In this document: positions 1 through 10,088 of the stretch, one piece after another
Position numbering within the stretch: position 1 is the first letter of the stretch
How the letters are laid out: each line of letters starts with the position of its first letter
Assembly: GCA_048885525.1 (NCBI GenBank)
Contig: JBHLLP010000028.1
Location: 1-46,565, forward strand
Source of the DNA: Candidatus Hermodarchaeota archaeon
GTDB taxonomy: Archaea; Asgardarchaeota; Lokiarchaeia; Sigyniarchaeales; SOKP01
Direction of reading: 5' to 3'
Length of the DNA: 46,565 nucleotides
Made by a program: the position numbers and the translations under genes
Notes under the pieces: generated by a model
Database searches by the model: none
What the model was told of the DNA's origin: nothing
The model's input: the letters and a program-made list of their open reading frames with translations, nothing else

Positions 1-435
<435 letters not shown>

Positions 436-540
436 TGTTTTTACATGAAGGTTTAAGCTTTCTTTAATAAATTTTCGTAGTTTAAAAATCTCTATTGAAA
501 TTAAAAGATATCATTTCAAAAAGAGAAATTATGGTTTAAA

Positions 541-1542
541 ATGCATTTAAAAGATAAAATTGGAATCCATTTAGATCAAATAAAGCAACTCAAAGGAGTA
601 GAAAACGCGGTTTTAACTCAGCGAGATGGTAATCCAATACAATCAACAGGAGTTTGGTTTTCTAAAGATGAGATTTTTAATGTGAGTTCAGCTACTAGCG
701 CCATCTTTAATGTCGGAATCCATTTACACCCGGAGGATTTGAAATATATCTTAATAGAAGGAAAAAAAGCAAAAATTTTAATTGCTCCATTGAATAGTCC
801 ATTACACGCTTCATTAAATAAAATCTTAGAAACTCAGGGTATTTTAGATAGCAATCATGAGTTCTTTATTGCAATAACTGCTCAGCCAAATATAAATTTA
901 GGCGGTATTTTCTTACAAACTAATGAATGTTTAAAAAAAATCAAAACTACACTAATTACATCTGGAGAATCCTTTAAACCACCTTTAATTCAATTTAATA
1001 ATCAGAAAATACAAAGCATAATTGAAGGTTTCAATATTAAAGATACTGAAGATTTTGATTTGAGGTTATCATCTTTCTCTTTAAGCTTTTCAGAGACAAT
1101 ATCGTTAGAATTGAGAAAAGTTCTGAAAAATATTTCAATTACTATTCCAGATTTAAATTATGCTTTTATAACAATTGAAGGGGGTTTTATTGCTTCAAAA
1201 TTTTTAAAAAAAATTGATATAGATACTGAAAAGTTAGATAAAATCTCAGCAATGAGCTATTCACTCTTCCAAACCGCAAATAGATGTGCTTGGCTTTTAA
1301 AAAAAATGCAAGCAGAGAGAATTTTGCTGGATTGTCAAAATACATTTCAATTTATTGATGGATTAGGAAAAGCAATTTTTAGCACAGAAATTGGTAAGCA
1401 GAGACAAAAATTAGGTTTGATAAGATTGATCCTCCCACAATTTTCTAAAAAAATTGATACGCTTGTTAAAAAAGCCTCAATAATTCAAGATCATAGGACT
1501 TTTGATATCAAAAGAATGTTAGGGGAATTAGTAATAAAGTAA
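541..1542 (+). CDS. Tandem roadblock/LC7 (MglB-like) domain protein
   Basis: Two roadblock-like units: 'GVENAVLTQRDGNPIQS...VSSATSAIF' and 'PDLNYAFITIEGGFIAS...ISAMSYSLFQTA'. Confidence 0.8.
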   Translation: MHLKDKIGIHLDQIKQLKGVENAVLTQRDGNPIQSTGVWFSKDEIFNVSSATSAIFNVGIHLHPEDLKYILIEGKKAKILIAPLNSPLHASLNKILETQGILDSNHEFFIAITAQPNINLGGIFLQTNECLKKIKTTLITSGESFKPPLIQFNNQKIQSIIEGFNIKDTEDFDLRLSSFSLSFSETISLELRKVLKNISITIPDLNYAFITIEGGFIASKFLKKIDIDTEKLDKISAMSYSLFQTANRCAWLLKKMQAERILLDCQNTFQFIDGLGKAIFSTEIGKQRQKLGLIRLILPQFSKKIDTLVKKASIIQDHRTFDIKRMLGELVIK

Positions 1543-1554
1543 AATGGTGAGTTA

Positions 1555-2451
1555 ATGAATTTTTTTTCATTTTTAGACAAATTAAAACGTAATTATAATT
1601 CATTAATTTTATATAGCTTATTAAATCGGATTCCGATAATAGTATTAGGTGAAGATTCCGATAAAATTGATAATTTTTTGATTGAACTTTCTGAACTGGT
1701 GCATTTTAGAAAAGACTATGTATTTTATACTGATTTTATTTCTACAAATGATTATGAAAATCTTATATCAAATGAAAATATTGATTACAATTATCAACGT
1801 GCTCACATTAGATGCCCTTGTAATGTTTCTTTTAAAGCTTTAAACCAATTCGATAATATTGATTCATGGCTTATTGGATTAACAATTCCCAAACAAAAAG
1901 AAGAATTAATATATACTAAAAATTTAATAAAAAAAAAAGCAAAAGATTTAGTTTTTATTACTATCTCATCTGATACTATTTTAATTGAGGTTGAAGGAAT
2001 TAATTTAAAATTAATCGATTTATCCCTTGAACAAAATATTTTTAAAAAGATATCTCAAGATACTGAAAAATCCATAACAAAGATGAAGAGAGTATTATCA
2101 GATAAAATAACAACGAACCAGCTTGATAAAGATTTATTAAAAACATTACTAGATTTTGAAGAAGAAAAAAATGAGCTAAAGAAAAATATATTTAAAACAG
2201 AAATTCAGAATTTTTATTCGGGTTCAAAACGAGCTTTTTTTATCATATCTAGGTTGAATTTATTAAACGATATTGGAATTCAAACGCGAATTGGCAGTAA
2301 AACTCTTTTAGAAACAATAGATTATGAAGAAGCTCCAATTGAAAGGATGGTTTCCTTTATTAAGAAAGAATGGGGAGAAGATTATTCACTTTTAATCGAG
2401 GATGGGAAAAAATCTTTTATGGGTGATAAAATAGTCTCACTCTGGGGTTAG
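1555..2451 (+). CDS. Hypothetical protein with DENN-like core domain
   Basis: 'LYSLLNRIPIIVLG...IDNFLIELSEL', 'WLIGL' and 'VFITI' follow the cDENN pattern. GGTGA SD upstream; co-oriented with the roadblock and GTPase genes. Confidence 0.5.
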   Translation: MNFFSFLDKLKRNYNSLILYSLLNRIPIIVLGEDSDKIDNFLIELSELVHFRKDYVFYTDFISTNDYENLISNENIDYNYQRAHIRCPCNVSFKALNQFDNIDSWLIGLTIPKQKEELIYTKNLIKKKAKDLVFITISSDTILIEVEGINLKLIDLSLEQNIFKKISQDTEKSITKMKRVLSDKITTNQLDKDLLKTLLDFEEEKNELKKNIFKTEIQNFYSGSKRAFFIISRLNLLNDIGIQTRIGSKTLLETIDYEEAPIERMVSFIKKEWGEDYSLLIEDGKKSFMGDKIVSLWG

Positions 2452-2459
2452 ATAATATT

Positions 2460-3053
2460 ATGATTTTTGATTACGAAAGTAAAATTTTACAGGTTAAAAT
2501 TGTATATTATGGACCTGCTATGTCTGGAAAAACTACATCAATAAAATCTCTTTTCTCATATTTTCATAAAGAACATACAGTTAAGTCAATTGATAGCTCA
2601 GTAGGTCGTACATTATTTTTTGATTTTGGGGTATTACATTTTGAAGGAGCTACATGGGGTTTAAAATTTTTAATTTACTCAGCAACAGGTCAAGATTTCT
2701 ATGCAAGTACAAGGCCCGCTACGTTAAATGGCGTAGATGGATTAATTTTTGTAGTTGATTCTCAAATTGAATGTTTAGAACACAATCGAAGATCTTGGAA
2801 TGAACTAAAAACACTATTTGGATCAAATTTTTATAATATTCCTATTGTAATTTCATTAAATAAATCTGATATGTTTGAAATTGAAGAATTAGATAAAGGG
2901 AAATTTTTATCATACATAGATTATCATAGGTTTAGACATATTTCATTGAAAAAGACAATAGCAATAAAGGGAAAAGGTGTAATAGATTCTTTTAATGAAT
3001 TAATTAAATTTATCTTTCCAGAATTGAAGCTTAATATTAATATTAATAACTAA
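2460..3053 (+). CDS. MglA-like small GTPase
   Basis: KIVYYGPAMSGKTT (G1), RTLFFDF (G2), ATGQ (G3), NKSD (G4). Confidence 0.9.
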   Translation: MIFDYESKILQVKIVYYGPAMSGKTTSIKSLFSYFHKEHTVKSIDSSVGRTLFFDFGVLHFEGATWGLKFLIYSATGQDFYASTRPATLNGVDGLIFVVDSQIECLEHNRRSWNELKTLFGSNFYNIPIVISLNKSDMFEIEELDKGKFLSYIDYHRFRHISLKKTIAIKGKGVIDSFNELIKFIFPELKLNININN

Positions 3054-3250
3054 TTCTTCTTACTATTCTCTTTTTCAATCTTTTGGTACATATTTTTAGA
3101 TAATCGTTTTATATAGCCTTGTAAATAGAATTGCTTCAATAAATTTCTCACTTTACGCACTTCTGAAGCATCAATTCCTAATATACTCATTAGTTGAAAT
3201 ATTGAAAATTGTTTTGGTAAATTTTCTTTAATATTATTATATAATCCCGT
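3050..3250 (-). CDS. Small winged-helix-like protein (66 aa, ACG start, or 46 aa from internal ATG); not in ORF track
   Basis: Open frame (T/M)GLYNNIKENLPKQFSIFQLMSILGIDASEVRKVRNLLKQFYLQGYIKRLSKNMYQKIEKENSKKN*; wHTH-like pattern; AAGTGA SD-like motif upstream of the ACG. Confidence 0.6.
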   Translation of the reverse strand, partial: TGLYNNIKENLPKQFSIFQLMSILGIDASEVRKVRNLLKQFYLQGYIKRLSKNMYQKIEKENSKKN

Positions 3251-3552
3251 TTTTTATTCACTTCAAATTTTTAAATCTATTCAAATTAAATGAAAAAAAT
3301 TTTTTATACTTTATTTAATTTATGGAAGATTGATTGATTGGAGGTTAGGTTTTTATAATCCTCAAAGTAACTATAACTTATCATTCCTACTTGTTGTAGA
3401 TCATCCTTGTCTAGTTTTTTTCATCGAATATTTACAACCTTGGTTAACTCCAAATATTCAAGTAATTAGTCCTTATATTTCCTTAATTAATTAAAAGAAA
3501 TGGTATATTATATATGATTTTAAAGTATTAGGTCAATATAAGTTTATAAAAT

Positions 3553-4239
3553 CTAAAAATCACGAAATTCTTTAAAATTTTCTCCAATTGGAGCCTCTCC
3601 ATCGCCATATATTTGGTACAAACCTGTTCTTCTAGCACATTCAGAAAAGCTACGATATATATTTCTTCTTTGTTCATACAAAGCGCAAGTACTATAAATT
3701 ATAGGATTCCAAATATATAATTTATGATCAGGCTCATACCATAGTTTTTCGTCTTTTAAAACTTGTTTAAAATCTTCTTCTCCAATAACTTCTTTGAGAT
3801 CTTGTTTATTGAGCATTATGATGAGAGGAATTTCTTTAATCAATTTTCCTCTTGTAACATTTTTTAATTCTTTTAAAGATTCTATGTTATCTTCAAAAAA
3901 GTGAGTCTGTGAGTCGACAGTAAAAATAACTCCATCGGTTCCTTTAAAAATTTTTTTTCTTAAAGGTGAAAATCTCCTCTGACCAGCAACTGTGTACACA
4001 TGGTAAAAAACCTTTCCTCGGCTCTTTTGCTTTGTTGATTGAAAAATACCCCTATCGAAATATAGTGTTGATCCACTCGCCATTGAAATTTTTGTTAAAT
4101 TTCCAGTAGGTTCAATATCTATTTCATTTTCTTTTGTATATCTATAAAGCGTATCTACAATTGTTGTTTTTCCTGATCCTGCCATTCCCCAATATAAGAG
4201 TTTTATATATACTTTATGATCTGCTGTAAATCTAACCAT
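3553..4239 (-). CDS. Second MglA-like small GTPase
   Basis: KLLYWGMAGSGKTT, STLYFD, YTVAGQ, NKQD, TCA motifs. Confidence 0.9.
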   Translation of the reverse strand: MVRFTADHKVYIKLLYWGMAGSGKTTIVDTLYRYTKENEIDIEPTGNLTKISMASGSTLYFDRGIFQSTKQKSRGKVFYHVYTVAGQRRFSPLRKKIFKGTDGVIFTVDSQTHFFEDNIESLKELKNVTRGKLIKEIPLIIMLNKQDLKEVIGEEDFKQVLKDEKLWYEPDHKLYIWNPIIYSTCALYEQRRNIYRSFSECARRTGLYQIYGDGEAPIGENFKEFRDF

Positions 4240-4464
4240 TGAAAATCACACTTTATTTATTAAATTTTGAAGTAAAAAAATCGCTTTTTTGAATATATTT
4301 TGTATAGAACCTGTAATTAATGAAACAATCTTTCGATTTTTATTTAAATATATTAATACGTATTATTATAATTTAGTATTTATAATTCCATTTTGATATT
4401 TTAACTTTTTGTTTAATCCAAATATTTAAGCTTAAAGCTCAACTTTATTAAAAAATTTGAGAAT

Positions 4465-4704
4465 TTATTCAAAATTTACGAAAGTTTTTCCTAATCTAAT
4501 TTTATAATTACACCACAAAATTAATTGGTTATAGTTCTCTCCTATATATCCTTCTCTTATTATTAGATTTATAATATCTGAGTACATAATTTCTCTTTTC
4601 CCATTTATGATTTGTTTAAGTTTGTCTATAATATTATCTAATATTTCAAAATTATATGTTGAAATTTTCTTAATTTTTTCAATATTATTAGTTGTCTGAC
4701 CCAT
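4465..4704 (-). CDS. Hypothetical protein (79 aa)
   Basis: ATG-start ORF filling the intergenic space; no recognised motif. Confidence 0.55.
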   Translation of the reverse strand: MGQTTNNIEKIKKISTYNFEILDNIIDKLKQIINGKREIMYSDIINLIIREGYIGENYNQLILWCNYKIRLGKTFVNFE

Positions 4705-4941
4705 TTTAATTCAAATCTTATTGTCAACTAATTTTGTCATTACTAATTAATAATCTAGGTTAATAATCTTCTAAATTGAATTTTTTAAATTCCTACTTTT
4801 TTTTACTTTTAATCTCCTCTCTCTTTCCCTTTAGAACATCATTTCTTCTCATAGGAATATCAATTCCATTAAAAATAACGGTATTTTACAAAATGAAATT
4901 AAAATCGATCTAAAATCTTAAATTTAAAACATATAATAAAT

Positions 4942-5967
4942 GTGTCAAAAATTAACCATATTGAAAAGAGTAGGGAAAATACTGAAAGATGTCCTGAATG
5001 CAAAGGTAATATAATCACAAATAGTTTTGAGAAAATATGTAAAGAATGTGGACTAGTAATTAATAAATTTTTTAGAGAATCTGCTTTCATTTTTAACGAT
5101 TTTAAAAGTAATAATAATCTAAGTAAACAATATGTAGCATTAGGGGAACGAACAGATTTTATAGGTGGATTAGGCTCTTTTATTGATTACGAAAAATCTA
5201 AATACTTAAAAGACAAAAATGGAAAACTTCTACCTCCAAACGAGCAAAAACTATTCAGAAGACTAAAAAAAAGTTATGCTCAATTCCTACGAATCAAAAA
5301 TCATGAAACAGAATATAGAGTTTTTAATATTTTAAACAAAATTTCACTGTATCTCAATTTGAGTAAAAATATAAGAAATAATGCTGCTTACTATTTCAAA
5401 AGAATTATTAAAGGAGAAGAGAAAGTAATTAATAACATCTCATTAATCGCTTTTTGTATTTTCTTTGCAGCGAGGAAAGAATATCAGAATGCTCCTATAA
5501 CCATTAATGAGATTTCTAAGGCTTTTCAAAATTTTGGTCATCGCGTAAACCCTAGATTGATTTTAAGAGATGGAATAAGATATAAACATTATTTGAATAA
5601 TGCATCATCTCCTCATAAAAGCGAAGATTATCTGATTAGACTTGTAGATGAAGTTATAAAACATAAATGTTTAATGCTGAGATTGGAAAAAAAAGGAGTT
5701 TTGTGGTCTATAACTGAATTTCAAAATAAATTAGTTATGAAATGTCGTGAAATTTTAAAAGAATTGCCGTTGTGGAATAGAGGTGGGAGAAATCCCTTTA
5801 TTTTAACAGGGGCGATAATATATCTAGCAGATAAATTATTAAGTAAAGAATACAATCAAAAAACTGTCTTAACTCAAAAAATCATATCTGAGGCCACTAA
5901 AATTGCAGAATACTCTATAAGAGATCATTATGTGAATCTTTTAAAGCCAATTTTTATGTCTAAATAG
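4942..5967 (+). CDS. tfb: Divergent transcription factor B (TFB/TFIIB) paralog
   Basis: Zn ribbon CPECKG...CKECG; cyclin repeats 'ISLYLNLS...AAYYF' and 'GGRNPFILTGAIIYLA...TQKIISEATKIAEYSIRDHY'. Confidence 0.85.
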   Translation: MSKINHIEKSRENTERCPECKGNIITNSFEKICKECGLVINKFFRESAFIFNDFKSNNNLSKQYVALGERTDFIGGLGSFIDYEKSKYLKDKNGKLLPPNEQKLFRRLKKSYAQFLRIKNHETEYRVFNILNKISLYLNLSKNIRNNAAYYFKRIIKGEEKVINNISLIAFCIFFAARKEYQNAPITINEISKAFQNFGHRVNPRLILRDGIRYKHYLNNASSPHKSEDYLIRLVDEVIKHKCLMLRLEKKGVLWSITEFQNKLVMKCREILKELPLWNRGGRNPFILTGAIIYLADKLLSKEYNQKTVLTQKIISEATKIAEYSIRDHYVNLLKPIFMSK

Positions 5968-6141
5968 CCAATTTAAATTTTTTAATAAGAAATAAATAAT
6001 AATCTAAAGAATCCTTGATTATCACATGATAAATTATTCATTATTATTGATGAGTATAAATTTAGGTTATATTAAATTTTTTAAAATATATAAATTTATT
6101 AATAATAGCATTTTTGAATACTAAAAAAACACTAACTTTCT

Positions 6142-6253
6142 GCTTCTGTAGTGTAGTTCGGTCAATCTAATCCAGTTTTTAATGTTCTGTGATTAGGATT
6201 AAGCATACGAGGCTCTCACCCTCGGGACCCGGGTTCGAATCCCGGCAGAAGCA
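6142..6253 (+). tRNA. tRNA-Glu(CTC) with 37-nt intron (6166-6202) in the D-loop region (about position 21/22)
   Basis: Acceptor stem GCTTCTG/CAGAAGC; anticodon arm CGAGG-CTCTCAC-CCTCG; T-loop TTCGAAT. BHB motif: GGTC/GATT helix with AAT and AAG bulges and CTAATC/GATTAG stem. Spliced length 75 nt. Confidence 0.92.
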
Positions 6254-6324
6254 TTATTATGTTTATAATTTCTTTAGTTTATAAATTAATGATTGAGTTA
6301 TTAAAATTTAGAATTATTTTTATT

Positions 6325-6723
6325 TCAAGTTTTTTCTTTCTGAATAGGGATTTTCATAAGAATATCAAAACAATTTATTAAGATCTTCGTATATGTTTCG
6401 ATTAACTGTAAATGATTTTCCTTTTTTAATTTATTAGTTATTATTTCGATTTTTTCAAATAAAACATCTTTTAGCAAATTTAATATCTCAATTTGTTTAT
6501 CTTGGTTATCAATTTCTTGTTTTTTATTATAAGATATCTTATTTCTATTATTTTGGTGATTTTTATCGTTTACAATTAAAACTTTTCTGTTACATGTTGG
6601 ACAAAAAGTGTTTCCGTCTCTATTTCGAAATATTGGGTTATTACACACAGGACAAGCCATATTTAGCATGGTACTTCCAGATCTAAGAAGATCTGCCATC
6701 TTTTTAATATTTTCATTAATCAT
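6325..6723 (-). CDS. UPF0148 / Sjogren's syndrome-scleroderma autoantigen 1 family Zn-ribbon protein
   Basis: 'KKMADLLRSGSTMLNMACPVCNNPIF...FCPTC'. Confidence 0.85.
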   Translation of the reverse strand: MINENIKKMADLLRSGSTMLNMACPVCNNPIFRNRDGNTFCPTCNRKVLIVNDKNHQNNRNKISYNKKQEIDNQDKQIEILNLLKDVLFEKIEIITNKLKKENHLQLIETYTKILINCFDILMKIPIQKEKT

Positions 6724-6789
6724 TATACCTATAATCTCTAAAATTAGTTAATTTTTAGTAATATGAATTGTAATTTTATCTCGGATAAT

Positions 6790-6984
6790 TTACTCGTTTT
6801 CCCTAATTTTTAATAAATTCACAATATATCCCGAGATTCTATTTCTTAAATGTTTTGAATCTACTTCAAGATATTTATCCAATAATTTTTTATTTTTATC
6901 AAAATCTGTTGTAAACACATTTGGATATTTGTTTATTAATTCCTTTGATATGTTTTTAATTAAAATCGTTCGTACTTTTCCCAT
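6790..6984 (-). CDS. rps17e: 30S ribosomal protein S17e
   Basis: MGKVRT...FTTDFDKNKK...SKHLRNRISGY. Confidence 0.97.
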   Translation of the reverse strand: MGKVRTILIKNISKELINKYPNVFTTDFDKNKKLLDKYLEVDSKHLRNRISGYIVNLLKIRENE

Positions 6985-7091
6985 TTCAATTATATTTACT
7001 ATACTTTTCTTATTTTGAAATTAAATATTGGATAAAATAAATTTTTTTGGAATTATTTTAGTTTTTATACATAAAATTAGAAAAATGAAAT

Positions 7092-8315
7092 GTGAAAAAA
7101 AAATATGGAATTGTAATTCCAATTTTGATAATTGTTCATCTTCTCACTTTAATTAATTCTGTAAATGGGTTTAATTGTAATTTAATCGCTATAAGTACAG
7201 ATAAAACAGAATATTACATAGATGAGGATATCAAAATAAATGCGTCGTGGGAATTGAGCTATAATGTAAACAATGAGATTGCTTACATTCAAATACATAT
7301 ACTAAATTATGTTGAGGATATTATATGGAATTCTTCAAATTATAATGAAATTGGAGTTTATGAAAAAAACTGGACAGTTAATATAGAAAAACTAAATATG
7401 GATTTTAACAATTACTCTAGTATACTCTACGTGAAATTTTTTATCTTTTATTTTCAGATCGATACTACTAATACTATGTGTACATATTTAGAGACAATAA
7501 AAATTAGAGCGGTTAAAAGAAATTTATCATGTGAGTTAAGTGAATATACAGAGTTTATTAAATTGGGCGAAAACGTACATATTATCGCAAAATTTTATAG
7601 TAATTCCTCAGAAGGATGTTTAAATTTAATTAATCAAACAATACAATTTATTATCTCTTCTAATAATATAGTAATATACTATTGCAATTACACAACAAAT
7701 TCACTAGGTAATATCGAGCTAAAAATATCTTCACTAAAACATTTAAACTCTGGAAAGAATTTTTTAATTTTTTTAAACACAAATAATAGAGTATTTAATG
7801 ATTCCAAATTTATTTTTGAAATTTTTGTAGAAAAAAATCCTGTATTTGTTGATATTATTGTATTTAATGAAAATCTTAAGAAAAATGAAAATTTGGAAAT
7901 TAAATTATACTATTATTATTATATCAACCAAGAGTTAATAGAGCTTGCTAATCATAACATTCTTTTAAGTATTTGTTGTAATAAGACACTATTATATATT
8001 AATGACTATAAAACTGATAGTTTTGGATTTTTAAATGTCAGTATCCCTCAAGTTTTATTTAACTCTCACCAGATACATCAAGATTTTATTATTGATATAG
8101 ATTTTAATGGAAATTATCTATTAGATAATAAGTCATTATCTTTCAGCTTTAAATTAGAGCAGGACGTAGATTCTGTAGTAAATAATTTCTTTCAAATAAA
8201 TATATTTTCATTAATTTCAATTCTAACTATATTATTAATTCTCTTTTCATATGTTATATCTAATAGAAGAAGAAAAAATGGAAAATTACTAACAGAATTA
8301 ATAGTTAGATTTTAA
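7092..8315 (+). CDS. Secreted, C-terminally membrane-anchored beta-rich (Ig-like) surface protein
   Basis: N-terminal signal peptide (KKK plus hydrophobic stretch); repeated 'YTTNSLG/YKTDSFG' motifs; many N-x-S/T sequons; C-terminal TM helix and RRRK tail. Confidence 0.65.
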   Translation: MKKKYGIVIPILIIVHLLTLINSVNGFNCNLIAISTDKTEYYIDEDIKINASWELSYNVNNEIAYIQIHILNYVEDIIWNSSNYNEIGVYEKNWTVNIEKLNMDFNNYSSILYVKFFIFYFQIDTTNTMCTYLETIKIRAVKRNLSCELSEYTEFIKLGENVHIIAKFYSNSSEGCLNLINQTIQFIISSNNIVIYYCNYTTNSLGNIELKISSLKHLNSGKNFLIFLNTNNRVFNDSKFIFEIFVEKNPVFVDIIVFNENLKKNENLEIKLYYYYYINQELIELANHNILLSICCNKTLLYINDYKTDSFGFLNVSIPQVLFNSHQIHQDFIIDIDFNGNYLLDNKSLSFSFKLEQDVDSVVNNFFQINIFSLISILTILLILFSYVISNRRRKNGKLLTELIVRF

Positions 8316-8594
8316 ACTTGAAATAGTTTCTCTTTTAAAAATTACAAGAATTATAAAATATACAAAACCTAAGCTTGAACTCTTTAAAACCGACAAAATT
8401 CTAAGAATCTTCAAATATTAAATTAATTTTAAATTTGGTTTCTAAGGATTCTATACCTATTTTTATGAAAAAATACGCATCAAACCAAGATAAATAGTGA
8501 AAAATCTTTGTTAAAAAATTAGGAGTCTGTATTTTATTATAAATGATTGTTTTCTTAAATCACAATAAAATCCCATTGAATAAATCGTTTAAAT

Positions 8595-9794
8595 ATGGAA
8601 TATTTTGAAGAATTATTAAAGAAACCATCAATATTCAAGGATGAAAGTAAACTTGAGATAAATTTTATACCGGATAAATTACCGCATAGAGATAAAGAAA
8701 TTTGGTTATTATCTCAATTGTTTCTTGGATTAATTACTAACCCTAATTCAATATCAAGAAAGGTTTTGATAACGGGTAAAACAGGTATTGGAAAAACTGT
8801 TACTGTAAAGTTATTTGGAGAATTATTAGAGAAAACCTCTAAAAAGCGAAATATTAATATAAAATATATTCATGTTAATTGTAGGAAAGAAAGAACCAGT
8901 TATAATGTATTAGTTAAATTAATACAGTTAATAGATCATCGATTTCCGAAAAGAGGTTATTCTTCACAAGATCTATTAGATATTTTAATTGAATTTCTTC
9001 ATATCCATAATTTACATATATTGATTGTTTTGGATGAACTAAGTTATCTTATAAACAAAGATGAAGATCTAATTTATTCATTAACCAGAATTAATGATGA
9101 CACTTTGAATGGAGAACAAAGATTATCTATTATTGGAATTGTAAGAGATATTTCATGTTTGAATAATTTAGATAACAGTACAATGAGTACACTACAAAGA
9201 AATATAGTTAGTTTTAAAAATTATTCGAAAGACCAAATTTTTGATATTTTAAAATATAGAGCAGATATAAGTTTAAAAAAAAATGTGTTATCTAATAAAA
9301 TAATACGGATGATCTCAGAGATCACATTCAGTTCAGGTGATGTTAGAACTGGTTTAAACATTTTGTGGAGAGCATGTAAAATAGCCGAGAGTAAAAACTT
9401 GAAATACGTTAATGCTGAATGTATTAGATTGGGGAGCCAAGATTTAGTTCCTTATTCAACACTAGATATTCTAGAATATATGAATTCTCAAAAACGAATC
9501 TTTTTACTAGCAATCATTAAAGCTTTAAAGAATTCTATAGAACCTGAAATTTCATTTGATGATGCATTGCAAAACTATTATATGATATGCGAAAACTTAG
9601 GATTAAAACCCAGATCTCATTCTCAAACTTGGAATTATCTTCAAGAATTTAAAAAGGAAAATATTATAGAAACTAATGTTATAAGCGAAAAGATAAGAGG
9701 TAGACGTGCTATAATTAAAATTCCTAATTTAAGTCTACCAAATTTAGAAAAAAATACAATAGAAATGTTAAACTCAAAAGGTTTTAAAATTTGA
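8595..9794 (+). CDS. cdc6: Orc1/Cdc6 replication initiator
   Basis: IFKDESKL...PDKLPHRD, Walker A GKTGIGKT, HVNC, Walker B LDEL, GDVR sensor, C-terminal wHTH with RGR wing. Confidence 0.95.
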   Translation: MEYFEELLKKPSIFKDESKLEINFIPDKLPHRDKEIWLLSQLFLGLITNPNSISRKVLITGKTGIGKTVTVKLFGELLEKTSKKRNINIKYIHVNCRKERTSYNVLVKLIQLIDHRFPKRGYSSQDLLDILIEFLHIHNLHILIVLDELSYLINKDEDLIYSLTRINDDTLNGEQRLSIIGIVRDISCLNNLDNSTMSTLQRNIVSFKNYSKDQIFDILKYRADISLKKNVLSNKIIRMISEITFSSGDVRTGLNILWRACKIAESKNLKYVNAECIRLGSQDLVPYSTLDILEYMNSQKRIFLLAIIKALKNSIEPEISFDDALQNYYMICENLGLKPRSHSQTWNYLQEFKKENIIETNVISEKIRGRRAIIKIPNLSLPNLEKNTIEMLNSKGFKI

Positions 9795-10084
9795 TTATCA
9801 GCAAATGGGAAAAAAAGAATTTAGTTGAAGATTTATTCGGTTCACGAGCTAGAGTTAAAATCCTCAAAACTTTAGCGAAAAATGAAGAATTGACAATTTC
9901 CCTAATAATTAGTAAAACAAGATTAAATTATTCTTGTGTCTTAAAGCATTTGAATTATCTTAAAATGATCAATTTAATACAAGAAAAGAAATTTGGTAGA
10001 ATAAAAATCTTCAGATACAAATTAGAAAATGTTAAAGCAAGGAGTTTTAGAAAATTTTTAGAAATTTGGGAAGAGGATTTATAA
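9791..10084 (+). CDS. ArsR-like winged-helix DNA-binding protein
   Basis: 'LFGSRARVKILKTL...ELTISLI...LNYSCVLKHL...KKFGRIKIF'; 4-nt overlap with the cdc6 stop. Confidence 0.85.
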   Translation: MIISKWEKKNLVEDLFGSRARVKILKTLAKNEELTISLIISKTRLNYSCVLKHLNYLKMINLIQEKKFGRIKIFRYKLENVKARSFRKFLEIWEEDL

Positions 10085-10088
10085 AAAT

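Noticed and set aside
3305-3480. Minus-strand frame 'LLEYLELTKVVNIR*KKLDKDDLQQVGM...' with in-frame TGA (possible selenocysteine)
   Set aside because: Another stop (TAA) lies just upstream, with no redox motif or clear SD; at most a decayed gene remnant.
8316-8594. Replication origin (ORB elements) upstream of cdc6
   Set aside because: Only a weak TTCTAAG(A/G)AT repeat; no recognisable TCCA-N-GAAA ORB or G-string.
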